A DNA stretch of 31,120 bases from an uncultured archaeon (GCA_964592405.1 CAZQBY010000004.1:42440-73559), one strand, 5' to 3'; shown: positions 9,449 to 18,396, counted from the stretch's first letter. Notes: generated from the letters alone by a model not told the origin. A program made the numbers and translations.

Positions 9449-10636
9449 CTACTCAATATCCTTGTCCACCACGGTCAGTGGTGGAATCAGCCGGTTTGGC
9501 CATATTTTCTTCCCCGGCATAATAGAGACATTTATGCCAGTCTTGACGTTGTCACCCACCACACAACCAAACTTACGCCTACCACTGCTTTCCATTTCAC
9601 CCCTGATATTGAGTTTAACCTCCGCATTATCAAAGCGCAGATTTGCAACATTGGTCCCGGCCCCAAAGTTGCAGTTCTCGCCAATTATTGAATCACCTAT
9701 ATAAGAGAGGTGTGGAACCTTTGAGTTGTTCATAATTATGCTGTTCTTGATCTCCACCCCGTTTCCGATATGGACGTTGTCGCCCAGCGACGTGAAGGGG
9801 CGTATGAAGCAGTTGGGGCCTATGACGCAGTCCCTCCCTATAGTCACCGGTCCGATGATGTAGGACCCGGCCCTTATGACGCTGCCTTCCCCCACCCTGA
9901 CCTCACCTTCGATGGTGGCGTTCGGGTGGACCTCGCCGCTCAGGTCCCCTTTTGTCTTCTTCACATAAAACTCATTGGCATCCAACAGGTCCCAGGGCTT
10001 ACCGACATCAAGCCAGAACCCATCATACACAAAACCATAACTGGCAGCCAACTTGAGCGTATCGGTTATCTCATACTCTCCTCTGGGTGATTTGTTGGTT
10101 TTTTTGACCAGCTGGAATATTTCTGGTTCAAAGACATAAATTCCGGCATTAATGTAATTGCTTCTGGGCTTTTTGGGTTTTTCAGAGATATCCAGGACAT
10201 TGCCTTCAGAATCTATCTGCACGACACCGAAATCTTCGGGCTTCCTAGACTGTGTTACAGTTATTATATTGCCTCTCTTCTTGGCATAGAACTCTTTGAG
10301 CTGTGTAAACAGTGAGCCTTCAACCACCACATCACCGTTGATGCAAATGAAAGACTCATCTATTACACTTTCTGCACAGCCAACGGCGTGTGCTGTCCCA
10401 TCCCGGCTCTCCTGCCGTATATAACTAACTTCATCACCTAGGGCCTTTCTAATCTTCTCCTCATTGCTGCCTACTAGAACAAAAATGTCAGCTATGCCCG
10501 CATTTTTCAACAGACCAATAGTCCACTTTATCATGGGCTTGCCACCCACTGGCAACAATGGCTTTGGCCTTGTGAGCGTAAGAGGGTGCATGCGGGTTCC
10601 TTCTCCTGCAGCGAGAATGAGAGCAGTCTTCATCAT
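9449..10636 (-). CDS. glmU: Bifunctional sugar-1-phosphate nucleotidyltransferase/acetyltransferase (archaeal GlmU-like)
   Basis: ILAAGEGTRMHPLT..RPKPLLP, SPRGEYEITD, hexapeptide repeats with HLSYIGDS and FGAGT..ANLRFD. Confidence 0.88.
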   Translation of the reverse strand: MMKTALILAAGEGTRMHPLTLTRPKPLLPVGGKPMIKWTIGLLKNAGIADIFVLVGSNEEKIRKALGDEVSYIRQESRDGTAHAVGCAESVIDESFICINGDVVVEGSLFTQLKEFYAKKRGNIITVTQSRKPEDFGVVQIDSEGNVLDISEKPKKPRSNYINAGIYVFEPEIFQLVKKTNKSPRGEYEITDTLKLAASYGFVYDGFWLDVGKPWDLLDANEFYVKKTKGDLSGEVHPNATIEGEVRVGEGSVIRAGSYIIGPVTIGRDCVIGPNCFIRPFTSLGDNVHIGNGVEIKNSIIMNNSKVPHLSYIGDSIIGENCNFGAGTNVANLRFDNAEVKLNIRGEMESSGRRKFGCVVGDNVKTGINVSIMPGKKIWPNRLIPPLTVVDKDIE

Positions 10637-10646
10637 ACCACCGGCT

Positions 10647-11285
10647 TTATTTAGAAGCTGGGAATTTAAAACAGATATCTCTGCTGAAATCTCCTACAAA
10701 CCTGTGAGCGAGTCTGAGCGGTTCTGGCAGCTTGTGGCTCTTTATACATCTTTTGACAATTTTCACTGAGGAATCCAGTGAAACCTTGTGCCCGGGTGAT
10801 ACATAGATGGGCCTACAGCCCTCCTTGCTCTGAAGAACACATGCACGTGCCTCTCCGTTCACAAAGACCCTACTGCCTCTGACCTCTCCGCAGAGCAGAC
10901 TTTTGGCCACCCCGATGGTAGGCTGATCCAGCAGGACACCAATGTGCGATGCTAGACCGATTCGATGGGGGTGCAGAATGCCATTACCATCCACCAGGAG
11001 GACTTGTGGCTTTGTTTTCAGTTTTCTCCAAGCACTAATGATGCTGGGCCCTTCTCTATAACTTAGGAAGCCGGCGATGTATGGAAAATCCACTCTCCTC
11101 AGGGAGAAGGCTTTTTCGACTATGTCAAATTCGCCAAAGTTCTGAACAACAATGCAGGAGGCTGCATAGTCTCTGGGAAATGCCTGATCTACGCCCCCTA
11201 TGAGCCTCAGCTCATGAAACCTGTCTTCTGTAATAACCTTGCTGGCGAGCTTCTCCTGCTCTTTGCGAAGTTCCTCTAGAACCAT
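10647..11285 (-). CDS. nfi: Endonuclease V
   Basis: GGVD, FPYIAGFLSYRE, LVDGNGILHP..GLASHIG, PTIGVAK, PIYVSPGH, LPEPLRLAH. Confidence 0.95.
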   Translation of the reverse strand: MVLEELRKEQEKLASKVITEDRFHELRLIGGVDQAFPRDYAASCIVVQNFGEFDIVEKAFSLRRVDFPYIAGFLSYREGPSIISAWRKLKTKPQVLLVDGNGILHPHRIGLASHIGVLLDQPTIGVAKSLLCGEVRGSRVFVNGEARACVLQSKEGCRPIYVSPGHKVSLDSSVKIVKRCIKSHKLPEPLRLAHRFVGDFSRDICFKFPASK

Positions 11286-11704
11286 AAATCCTGCATCAAC
11301 TCCACTGCCTTCTTCCTACTGGCAGGAAACGCAGCTACCTTTCCCTTCAGCTGGATTGTATCACGACTGCCAAGCACAATCCTGCCATCATAGGCTTCCT
11401 GCTTGTCATAACGCATCCAGAACTCCCCTGATTCATTTACGTGTTTGTCAACATTAAACTCTCTCAGCTCTTCTTTTGGCATAGTCTTCTTAATGTATTC
11501 CACAAGTGCTCTGATTTTTGCCTGTTTTACAAATTCCAGTCTAATACAAATTATCTCGTTTCCAAAAGAGCCGGAGAACTGCTCAATCTGGAAATCCTTA
11601 TCCTCAACCTTGAACGGCACCAGATTGAGCATAGCCTCCTTCACCTTCTCTATGTCTTCGGTGGCATGGCAGAAGGCTTCCAGAGCAAGGCGGTGAAATA
11701 GCAT
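11276..11704 (-). CDS. COG1325-like putative exosome-associated RNA-binding protein
   Basis: AFCHATEDIEKVKEA, GSFGNEI, MRYDKQEAY and KVAAFPA motifs. Confidence 0.85.
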   Translation of the reverse strand: MLFHRLALEAFCHATEDIEKVKEAMLNLVPFKVEDKDFQIEQFSGSFGNEIICIRLEFVKQAKIRALVEYIKKTMPKEELREFNVDKHVNESGEFWMRYDKQEAYDGRIVLGSRDTIQLKGKVAAFPASRKKAVELMQDLWF

Positions 11705-11775
11705 TCTGGTTATAGTTTACATGGCCATGGCCAATATGGTCAAAAGCCCCTTTGGGCATATTGAGGCAGTGCCCT

Positions 11776-12747
11776 TCAGAGTTTCTTCTCTACTTTTTTG
11801 CCCCAGTGCCTGAATGTCTCCTGGAGCCCCAGACCCATTGCAATGGCTAGGCCGATGCTGATACCTGCAACCACTATCTTAAATGAGTCCGTCAGCAACT
11901 CCACATTCTCCCTGATCTGGAAATGTGGCAACGCAAGGACAATTGCAAAGAAAATTACCATGCCCTGCACCAGCCAGGCGACACTGTCACTTGCGAGAGA
12001 AGTCTTGCTCTCCTTTATCCTGTCCTGCATGAAATCACCCACAAGGGCCCCGGCAATTATTATGAAACCTCCCAAGACAAACTGGGGATACAGCTCTACC
12101 AGTGAGTTGGAGGCTCCATCAGGATTGTTGAACATCAGAACCAATGCATTCTGGTCCTGACCAATTGGCCGGGCTACTGCATCGATTCCAGTCGCCAAGA
12201 ACACAATGACCACATATATCATAAAGATTCCCGATATCACACGTGTTAACTGTAGCCCGCCCAAGGCATCATGTAGCCCGTGTTTGGCCATGCGCTCTTC
12301 GACGCGGATACTATCCAGGGCCGCTTTGATTATCTTATAAACGATTGCACCCACCACTATGCCTACGACTGCAAACAGCATAAAGACACCCAGACCTCCC
12401 ATGAAGCTCTGGAACATATTGGTATATTGAGACAGCTTGATGTACCATATGCCCCTCTCAATGGAGGCCTCAACAACATAGTTCAGCACAACTGCAACGA
12501 ACAGCCACTTGATGTAGATACCTATCCCGCTTACAACCTTTCCCCAGAAGGAAAGCGATATTATCTCACTACCAGCTATCTGCTCCTTCAGCTCCCGTAT
12601 GTTAAGCACCTTCCTTACGATAAGTGCCAGTAGTGAGCCTATAAGATAACCAAGCAGTATGCCGATAAGAACAACGGCCACGAAAATCCCTACATTGACA
12701 AGTAGCTCACTAACTGTTCCAACCATGGTATTTGGATCAAAAACCAT
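11776..12747 (-). CDS. Multi-pass membrane protein with CmpX/MscS-associated TM_helix repeats
   Basis: About 8 hydrophobic helices and a C-terminal ISIGLAIAMGLGLQE motif. Confidence 0.7.
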   Translation of the reverse strand: MVFDPNTMVGTVSELLVNVGIFVAVVLIGILLGYLIGSLLALIVRKVLNIRELKEQIAGSEIISLSFWGKVVSGIGIYIKWLFVAVVLNYVVEASIERGIWYIKLSQYTNMFQSFMGGLGVFMLFAVVGIVVGAIVYKIIKAALDSIRVEERMAKHGLHDALGGLQLTRVISGIFMIYVVIVFLATGIDAVARPIGQDQNALVLMFNNPDGASNSLVELYPQFVLGGFIIIAGALVGDFMQDRIKESKTSLASDSVAWLVQGMVIFFAIVLALPHFQIRENVELLTDSFKIVVAGISIGLAIAMGLGLQETFRHWGKKVEKKL

Positions 12748-12827
12748 TTTTCACACCATTTGTTTAAATAAATACTTCTACCTATAAAAAGTTATTTTAA
12801 TTCGCTTCCAAACACGGCTATAACAAT

Positions 12828-14150
12828 CTAGGTCAGGAGTTCTACCTCCCCCTCTTCTAGGTCAAAATATGCAATCATCTCCCTGCCGGCCTGCTGATTC
12901 CTCTCAAAAACGTGCCGTAGAAGAGGCAGATAATCAGTTATTATTCTCTTCCTTGACTCATGTATGATAGGCGATATCTTAGCGGCAATAGATCTTTCCC
13001 TAGCCCTCTTGGATCGAGTTATACCCATCTTTGATATGAGCGAAGGGAAGCGATATTTGCTGAAACCAAAGTTCGGCTTGTCCTTCGAGAAACCGATTCC
13101 CACTGTCATCAAATCGTTAACATATCTGAGAAAGCCCCAGTACTGCCGGTTTACTACCCGTCCTAAGAAGATGTCTGAGCGCGACAGCTGGTTATAGGCT
13201 CTGGCCCGTTCAGCCTTGCTTAGATACTCAACCGGGATATTTTCATCAAGCCAGGCAATAAAGTTTTTGGGCTCTTCATCTAGATCCCAGATGATCCGCC
13301 TGCACGTTGCATAATCAGCGCATTTAAATATCCTGCGCATGGCCTTGTAAACATCAATTTGTCTATCCCGGTGCTCTAGGAAGATGCTATCTGTTTTGAC
13401 TACCTCCTCTCCCTGAGCCAGTGCTTGGAGGTCATTTATTGCCGAGCGCATGTCTCCATCTGCATTGTCAGCTATCCTCTGAAGGACCTCTATGCTCTCT
13501 ACCTTGATACCCTCGCTTTTGATAATCTCCCCCAGCCTTTTGACAACCTGTCCGGGGGAGAGCTTACGAAGCGGTGCCTGCTCACAATAGACCTTCAGCC
13601 CGCTAAGTTTCTTGTTTTTAATGTCATTGCATGTTAGAATAATGGGTGTTTGGCTCTCCTTTATGACCTTTATAAGGCTTTGGGTAGCACCCCTGTCAGC
13701 CACACCAGAGAGGCCATCAATCTCCTCAACCAGTATGAGTTTTCTTCTGCCACTAAAACTCTTCGTCTGCGAGCCAAGTCCTGCTATTTGTTCAACCAAT
13801 TCCTTGCTCCGCTTATCTGATGCGTTCATCTCTACAATCTCCCACTTGTACTCCCTTGCTAGAGCATAGGAGATGGAGGTTTTGCCAGTGCCAACTTCAC
13901 CATATATCAGGAGTGCTTTCTTTTTTGGCATTCCATGGACCCATTGATCACACCACCTCCGCGATGTCCGTATTGCTTGGAGATTTCCAACAATCTCTTC
14001 AAGCTTCTCTGGTCTGTATTTCTCAGACCACGGAAGCTCGGTAACTTTCTTGGAGTGGGCTTTCCTGTCTGTAGCATTATAATCTTTCATTTCAGACTCT
14101 CTAGCCCTCAGGTCCTTTGAATCCTCAGGTATCCAGCTAGTTAGATCCAT
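12828..14150 (-). CDS. rfcL: Replication factor C large subunit
   Basis: WSEKYRP, Walker A GEVGTGKT, EMNASDKR, Walker B LILVEEIDGL, GDMRSAINDLQ, WLDENIP, YWGFLRY. Confidence 0.95.
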   Translation of the reverse strand: MDLTSWIPEDSKDLRARESEMKDYNATDRKAHSKKVTELPWSEKYRPEKLEEIVGNLQAIRTSRRWCDQWVHGMPKKKALLIYGEVGTGKTSISYALAREYKWEIVEMNASDKRSKELVEQIAGLGSQTKSFSGRRKLILVEEIDGLSGVADRGATQSLIKVIKESQTPIILTCNDIKNKKLSGLKVYCEQAPLRKLSPGQVVKRLGEIIKSEGIKVESIEVLQRIADNADGDMRSAINDLQALAQGEEVVKTDSIFLEHRDRQIDVYKAMRRIFKCADYATCRRIIWDLDEEPKNFIAWLDENIPVEYLSKAERARAYNQLSRSDIFLGRVVNRQYWGFLRYVNDLMTVGIGFSKDKPNFGFSKYRFPSLISKMGITRSKRARERSIAAKISPIIHESRKRIITDYLPLLRHVFERNQQAGREMIAYFDLEEGEVELLT

Positions 14151-14158
14151 CCAAATAC

Positions 14159-15367
14159 CTAACCAGTCAAAAGCTTCATAAACTCATATCCTTTCCTGAG
14201 ACCATATTTACCCATCTTGGCACTTTCTTCGTCAAATTTCTCTACTGAATCAGCTTTGATGCCACTGCCCATTATGGCAAACGGGACAGGACCATGAACA
14301 TGCGTCCTGACACTTACTGGTGTATAATGGTCCGGCAGTAAACCTATTCTGAAGTCATTATTTATACCTTTCATGAGCCTTCCGAGCAGTCTTCTGTCTA
14401 TGTTTTCTATTGCTTTTATCTTTTCTTCTACAAGACCTTCATGTCCTGCCTCATCTGGTGCTTCGACGTGGATTACTGCAATGTCTGAGCCCCCATTGAG
14501 CGCTTTTATTGCGGCATCTGCCTTACCCTCAAAATTCGTGTTAAAATAGGCGTTGGCACCTTTGACGTTTACCGGCGTGAGGCCAGACAAAACACCCAGA
14601 CCTCTTATCAGGTCTATGGCTGTGATTACGACACCCTCCAGACCAAACCTTTGTTTTATAGTCGGCATCCTACGCTTGGTCCTCCCCGGTCCCCAGAACC
14701 ACAGCATGTTGGCCGGTGGCCTCCCCTGCTTGCGCCTAAGCTCATTGACCCGGCTTTTTTCAAATACTTCCTGAGACCTTATCATTATATCATTCAGCTT
14801 CTCTGCCAGCTCACTGGCCCTGCCCCTCCCTCTTATAAGCAGCTTCCTGAACTCCTCGCCTTGGTGATCATGTGGAGCATTGCATATGAGGTCATATGGA
14901 TGGATGTTTAGGCCTCTTACCATTATGAGGTTCCTATAGCTGACTCCGGGATAGAACTTGATGCTGTCATCCCCAAAAGCCTCATTGGCCAGTTTTATGA
15001 GCTCTCTTGCCTCGTCATCACTTATCTTGCCGGCACTGTAATCAACTATCCTGCCGTCTTCGACTGTTATGATATTCGCGCGCATGGCCAGGTCCCCGGG
15101 TTTTAGTTCAATGCCCATGGCTGCAGCTTCTACTAGTCCTCTGCCACCCGGATAATACAGTTTGGGGTTGTAGCCCATAATGGATAAATTGGCAACATCA
15201 CTGCCCGGCTCAAATCCTTTGGATACTGTCTCCAGCAGCCCATTGCATCCTTCCCGGGCCACCCTGTCCATATTTGGCTTATATGCTGTCTGTAGCGGAG
15301 TCTTTCCACCGAGCTCATCAAGAGGATAATCTGCCATACCATCTCCAATCAAAATGACATATTTCAT
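14159..15367 (-). CDS. apgM: Cofactor-independent phosphoglycerate mutase family protein (ApgM; the thr-linked subfamily has been proposed as a homoserine kinase)
   Basis: IGDGMAD..LGGKTPL, PGSDVANLSIMGY, HVEAPDEAGH, PDHYTP..RTH. Confidence 0.9.
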   Translation of the reverse strand: MKYVILIGDGMADYPLDELGGKTPLQTAYKPNMDRVAREGCNGLLETVSKGFEPGSDVANLSIMGYNPKLYYPGGRGLVEAAAMGIELKPGDLAMRANIITVEDGRIVDYSAGKISDDEARELIKLANEAFGDDSIKFYPGVSYRNLIMVRGLNIHPYDLICNAPHDHQGEEFRKLLIRGRGRASELAEKLNDIMIRSQEVFEKSRVNELRRKQGRPPANMLWFWGPGRTKRRMPTIKQRFGLEGVVITAIDLIRGLGVLSGLTPVNVKGANAYFNTNFEGKADAAIKALNGGSDIAVIHVEAPDEAGHEGLVEEKIKAIENIDRRLLGRLMKGINNDFRIGLLPDHYTPVSVRTHVHGPVPFAIMGSGIKADSVEKFDEESAKMGKYGLRKGYEFMKLLTG

Positions 15368-16626
15368 AGGACCTTTTTCACCTCTTCTAAGGTTGGCTTT
15401 ATCTTCACAGGCTTGTTCGCATAGGTGGATACCAATCCATTGAGCCTGTCCTGATGATATTTTATGACAATATCTGGATCCTTCAGCAGATTACCGGTAA
15501 GTATGCCGACAACTGATTCATCCTCCTTTATGATGTCACCATCCACAAGTTTTTTTATTCCAGCTATTGTGGCACAGGAGGCAGGCTCAGCTCCTATGCC
15601 CGAAGCATCTACAATGGCCTTCGCATCGACTATCTCCTGCTCGCTGACTTGCTCCACAGTACCATTGCACCTCCTCATAACCTCTTCTAGTTTCTTCCAG
15701 CTTACCGGATTGCCTATCTTGATGGCAGTAGCAAGGGTCTCTGCCTTTACAGAATGGAAGTTCTTGAAACTGTTTTTGAAATAGCGGTAGAATGGATTTG
15801 CACCCTCTGCCTGAATAACTGCTATTCTTGGTATTTTATCTATTAGGCCCAGCTCTTTCATTTCTACCAGCGCTTTGCCCAAAGCGGAAGAGTTGCCCAG
15901 GTTGCCTCCCGGAAGCACAAACCAGTCAGGCACATTCCAGCCCATCTGCTGGATTATCTCCATGCCAATAGCCTTTTGACCCTCTATCCTGAATGGGTTG
16001 ATGGAGTTCAGGAGATACATACCTAGCTCCATGGAGGCCTCTTGTACCAGAGCCATGGCATCGTCGAAGTCTCCCTCTATCTGTATGACGCGCGCGCCAT
16101 AGGCTATAGCCTGAGCCAGCTTCCCGAATGCAATTTTGCCCTCAGGTATGAACACAACTGCGCGCATTCCTGCCATCGCCGCATAGGCGGCCATGCTGGC
16201 TGAGGTATTTCCGGTCGAGGCACAGGCGACTACATCAGCGCCCAGCATCTTTGCAGCAGTCATTCCGGATGTCATACCCCTGTCCTTGAAAGAACCGGTA
16301 GGGTTCTCGCCCTCGTGCTTCAGGCACAGATTTGTGTGATTCACGTACTCCGAGATTTTGGCCGAACAGTAGAGGTTGGTGTTGCCCTCCGGTCGGGAGA
16401 CTATATACTTATCATCAACAGGCATGATGAGTTCGCGGTATCTCCAGACGCCGCTGCTGTATGGCCACTTGAGGGATCCAAGACGGGAGTCGAAGAGCTC
16501 TCTAGATACCTCCAAGCTTGCCAGGTCATGAATGACCTCCAGCAGCGCGCCGCAGTCGCACCTATAGCGTATCTTGTCCAGCGGAAACTCCATTCCGCAT
16601 TCGATACATCTTAAAACAGCTGTCAT
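15364..16626 (-). CDS. thrC: Threonine synthase
   Basis: N-terminal Zn ribbon, KHEGENPTGSFKDRGM (PLP lysine), CASTGNTSAS, NSINPFRIEGQK, LTGNLLKD. Confidence 0.95.
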   Translation of the reverse strand: MTAVLRCIECGMEFPLDKIRYRCDCGALLEVIHDLASLEVSRELFDSRLGSLKWPYSSGVWRYRELIMPVDDKYIVSRPEGNTNLYCSAKISEYVNHTNLCLKHEGENPTGSFKDRGMTSGMTAAKMLGADVVACASTGNTSASMAAYAAMAGMRAVVFIPEGKIAFGKLAQAIAYGARVIQIEGDFDDAMALVQEASMELGMYLLNSINPFRIEGQKAIGMEIIQQMGWNVPDWFVLPGGNLGNSSALGKALVEMKELGLIDKIPRIAVIQAEGANPFYRYFKNSFKNFHSVKAETLATAIKIGNPVSWKKLEEVMRRCNGTVEQVSEQEIVDAKAIVDASGIGAEPASCATIAGIKKLVDGDIIKEDESVVGILTGNLLKDPDIVIKYHQDRLNGLVSTYANKPVKIKPTLEEVKKVL

Positions 16627-16648
16627 CTCGCTATTTTTCAGTTAGACG

Positions 16649-16683
16649 CTAATAAAATAACCTAATAAAATAACCTTTTATAT
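16649..16683. promoter_or_regulatory. Divergent thrC/tRNA promoter region with a 13-bp tandem duplication and TATA box
   Basis: CTAATAAAATAAC twice (16649-16674), TTTTATAT at 16676-16683 upstream of the tRNA. Confidence 0.6.
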
Positions 16684-16720
16684 TTCTTTCGTCTAAATTC
16701 CCGCACAACCACATAAACTT

Positions 16721-16892
16721 GCTCCTGTGGTGTAGTACGGCCAATCATCTCGGCCTTTCGCGGCCCTTTCTTTAGAAAAGAAAGCGCCGGCGGAAAGAAA
16801 TGGATTTCGCTTCGCGAAATCGGTTTCCGCTGCCCCGTAAGAAAGGTGGCCAAAGTCAGCCGAGGACCCGGGTTCAAATCCCGGCGGGAGCA
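16721..16892 (+). tRNA. tRNA-Glu(TTC) with a 97-nt intron at canonical position 37/38 (exons 16721-16760 and 16858-16892; CCA not encoded)
   Basis: Acceptor stem GCTCCTG/CGGGAGC, anticodon arm TCGGC-CT-TTC-G|A-GCCGA, T-loop GGTTCAAATCC. Strict BHB: CTTT/AAAG central helix, bulges CG|C and TC|A, outer GGCC/GGCC helix. Spliced length 75 nt. Confidence 0.95.
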
Positions 16893-17098
16893 TCTTGCTT
16901 CTTCTAGGCGCGGACCCGATGTCCCCGCCTTATGCCGAGAAGCTCATTCCGGGCTTGGCATCTTCTCAGCATCCCGGCAGGAGCATATCAGTCTTATGTC
17001 TACGGTTTATGGCACGAGGTTCACCTTGGGTGAACCTGTGCGCAGCTTGCAGTTATATCCGGCATTATGCAAGCTCGCGTCTGCAGATGCAACGCCAG

Positions 17099-17359
17099 TT
17101 ACTTGTAGACCTTGTCATGATGGTCGAAATCTTCGAGCACGATGGTATTGGACAACTCATCTATTGAATAGACCAGCACGAACGGCCCGATATGTGTTCT
17201 CCGCATGTTCTGCATAGGTTTTCTCAAGGGTTTCTCCCTGTACGGGTTCTCAACGATCTGCTTCAGTTTATCGGTTATTCTGCCAAGGGTCTTTTTATCC
17301 TTTTTCTCAAGAAACTTGAACTTCCTCCTGACGGTCTCCCTCAGCTCGATCGCGTACAT
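17099..17359 (-). CDS. RelE/ParE-family type II toxin
   Basis: 86 aa and basic. IVENPYR.KPLR..MQNMRR.HIGPFVLVYSID..IVLEDFDHHDKVY. Directly downstream of the antitoxin. Confidence 0.88.
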   Translation of the reverse strand: MYAIELRETVRRKFKFLEKKDKKTLGRITDKLKQIVENPYREKPLRKPMQNMRRTHIGPFVLVYSIDELSNTIVLEDFDHHDKVYK

Positions 17360-17360
17360 C

Positions 17361-17600
17361 TTACAGGTTGAAGTACCTCTCGAACTCTTCTATCGATTCA
17401 AAGCGGGTGGTCGGTTCAGCAGCCCGGGCGCGCATCCTCTTGACAAATTCTGGCCTCAACTTGGGGTCTAGGAGCTCTGCCCCGTACCGGAGCGCGACCT
17501 CATTTATTGCCTCCGACTTGTTCCTAAGGGAGTACCTAGCCTTGACTATGTTCAATATTTTGTTGGCCTCTTCCGTTAGATCTACAATCGCCTGAGTCAT
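17361..17600 (-). CDS. Antitoxin (DUF2683-like, ribbon-helix-helix type)
   Basis: MTQAIVDL.EEANKILNIVKARYSL.NKSEAIN..PKLRPEF, 1 bp from the toxin start. Confidence 0.82.
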   Translation of the reverse strand: MTQAIVDLTEEANKILNIVKARYSLRNKSEAINEVALRYGAELLDPKLRPEFVKRMRARAAEPTTRFESIEEFERYFNL

Positions 17601-17660
17601 ATTAATTTCACATTAATATTGTATTAATATTATATAATTATTAATAATAATTATAAAAAT
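17601..17660 (-). promoter_or_regulatory. AT-rich toxin-antitoxin promoter/operator with palindrome and direct repeats
   Basis: ATTAATATT at 17612 and 17623. Palindrome TATAATTATT-AAT-AATAATTATA at 17633-17655. Confidence 0.6.
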
Positions 17661-17865
17661 ACGATTTATGTAACTTTTTGTAGTGTAACCCCCCTTTTAA
17701 CCGAGTGCCCTCTGGATATTCAAGAAACAGGACTGAAGACTTCGTACAGGAGACTTCAATTTTCCATCATACAAGGTCCGAGACCGGTATATCGAGTATC
17801 TGAAGAGCGAGTATCTGGGATACTCACACCAAAACATTTTTACCCCCTGTCTCCTTAACCTAACG

Positions 17866-18396
17866 ATGAAAGCAGCAATAGTAATCCTTGTCTTGGTGCT
17901 GGCTGCCATAGCATATTTCTTCTTCATGCAGCCGCCCGCCGGCCAGCGACCCACGGAACTGCTCCTTGAATGCGATTTGGACTTGGACCTGGAGCCCCTC
18001 TGTGGCTTCAAGTGGGAGCTCAGCGGCGACCTAAAGGTAGACTATCCGCGAATATCGCTCAGGGCCATCCTTGAGTCCAAGACGAGAGAAAGTTCAGTCG
18101 GCATGGACATGGTTTCGGACGGCAAGAGCGTCTACATTTACGGCACCTTCACTCCAATAAGCTCCCCACACGACCTGAGATGGTATGATGTCACTGATGT
18201 CCACATCCCATGTATCGAGAACCTCTTCAACCAAATCGATATATTCATGTCAGAAGGGCCGTCCAACGGCATGTACAAAGCTCACGGCATCACCTGTAGC
18301 CAAGTGGATTCCATTCTCGCTGGCAGGTTCTCTATGCCTGATGAGGACGAAGTCTCCAGTGTGCCTGCAGGCGGGCCCAAGGAATACTACCGATGA
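17866..18396 (+). CDS. Hypothetical secreted or membrane-anchored protein
   Basis: MKAAIVILVLVLAAIAYFFF N-terminal hydrophobic segment, 4 Cys, promoter motif upstream. Confidence 0.75.
   Translation: MKAAIVILVLVLAAIAYFFFMQPPAGQRPTELLLECDLDLDLEPLCGFKWELSGDLKVDYPRISLRAILESKTRESSVGMDMVSDGKSVYIYGTFTPISSPHDLRWYDVTDVHIPCIENLFNQIDIFMSEGPSNGMYKAHGITCSQVDSILAGRFSMPDEDEVSSVPAGGPKEYYR

Noticed and set aside
11720-11775. Weak inverted repeats (CAATATG/CATATTG, TGGCCA) in the intergenic gap
   Set aside because: Short stems that are compatible with chance.
16761-16857. Box C/D guide RNA or nested second intron within the tRNA intron
   Set aside because: No C or D box motifs and no second BHB could be drawn.
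17040-17104. Integron attC site after relE (TAAC at the stop codon followed by palindromes)
   Set aside because: No matching GTTRRRY end or correctly spaced L boxes, and no integrase in the window.
16662-17217. Short ORFs overlapping the tRNA and its downstream spacer
   Set aside because: They overlap a clear tRNA gene or lie antisense to relE and have no protein-like features.
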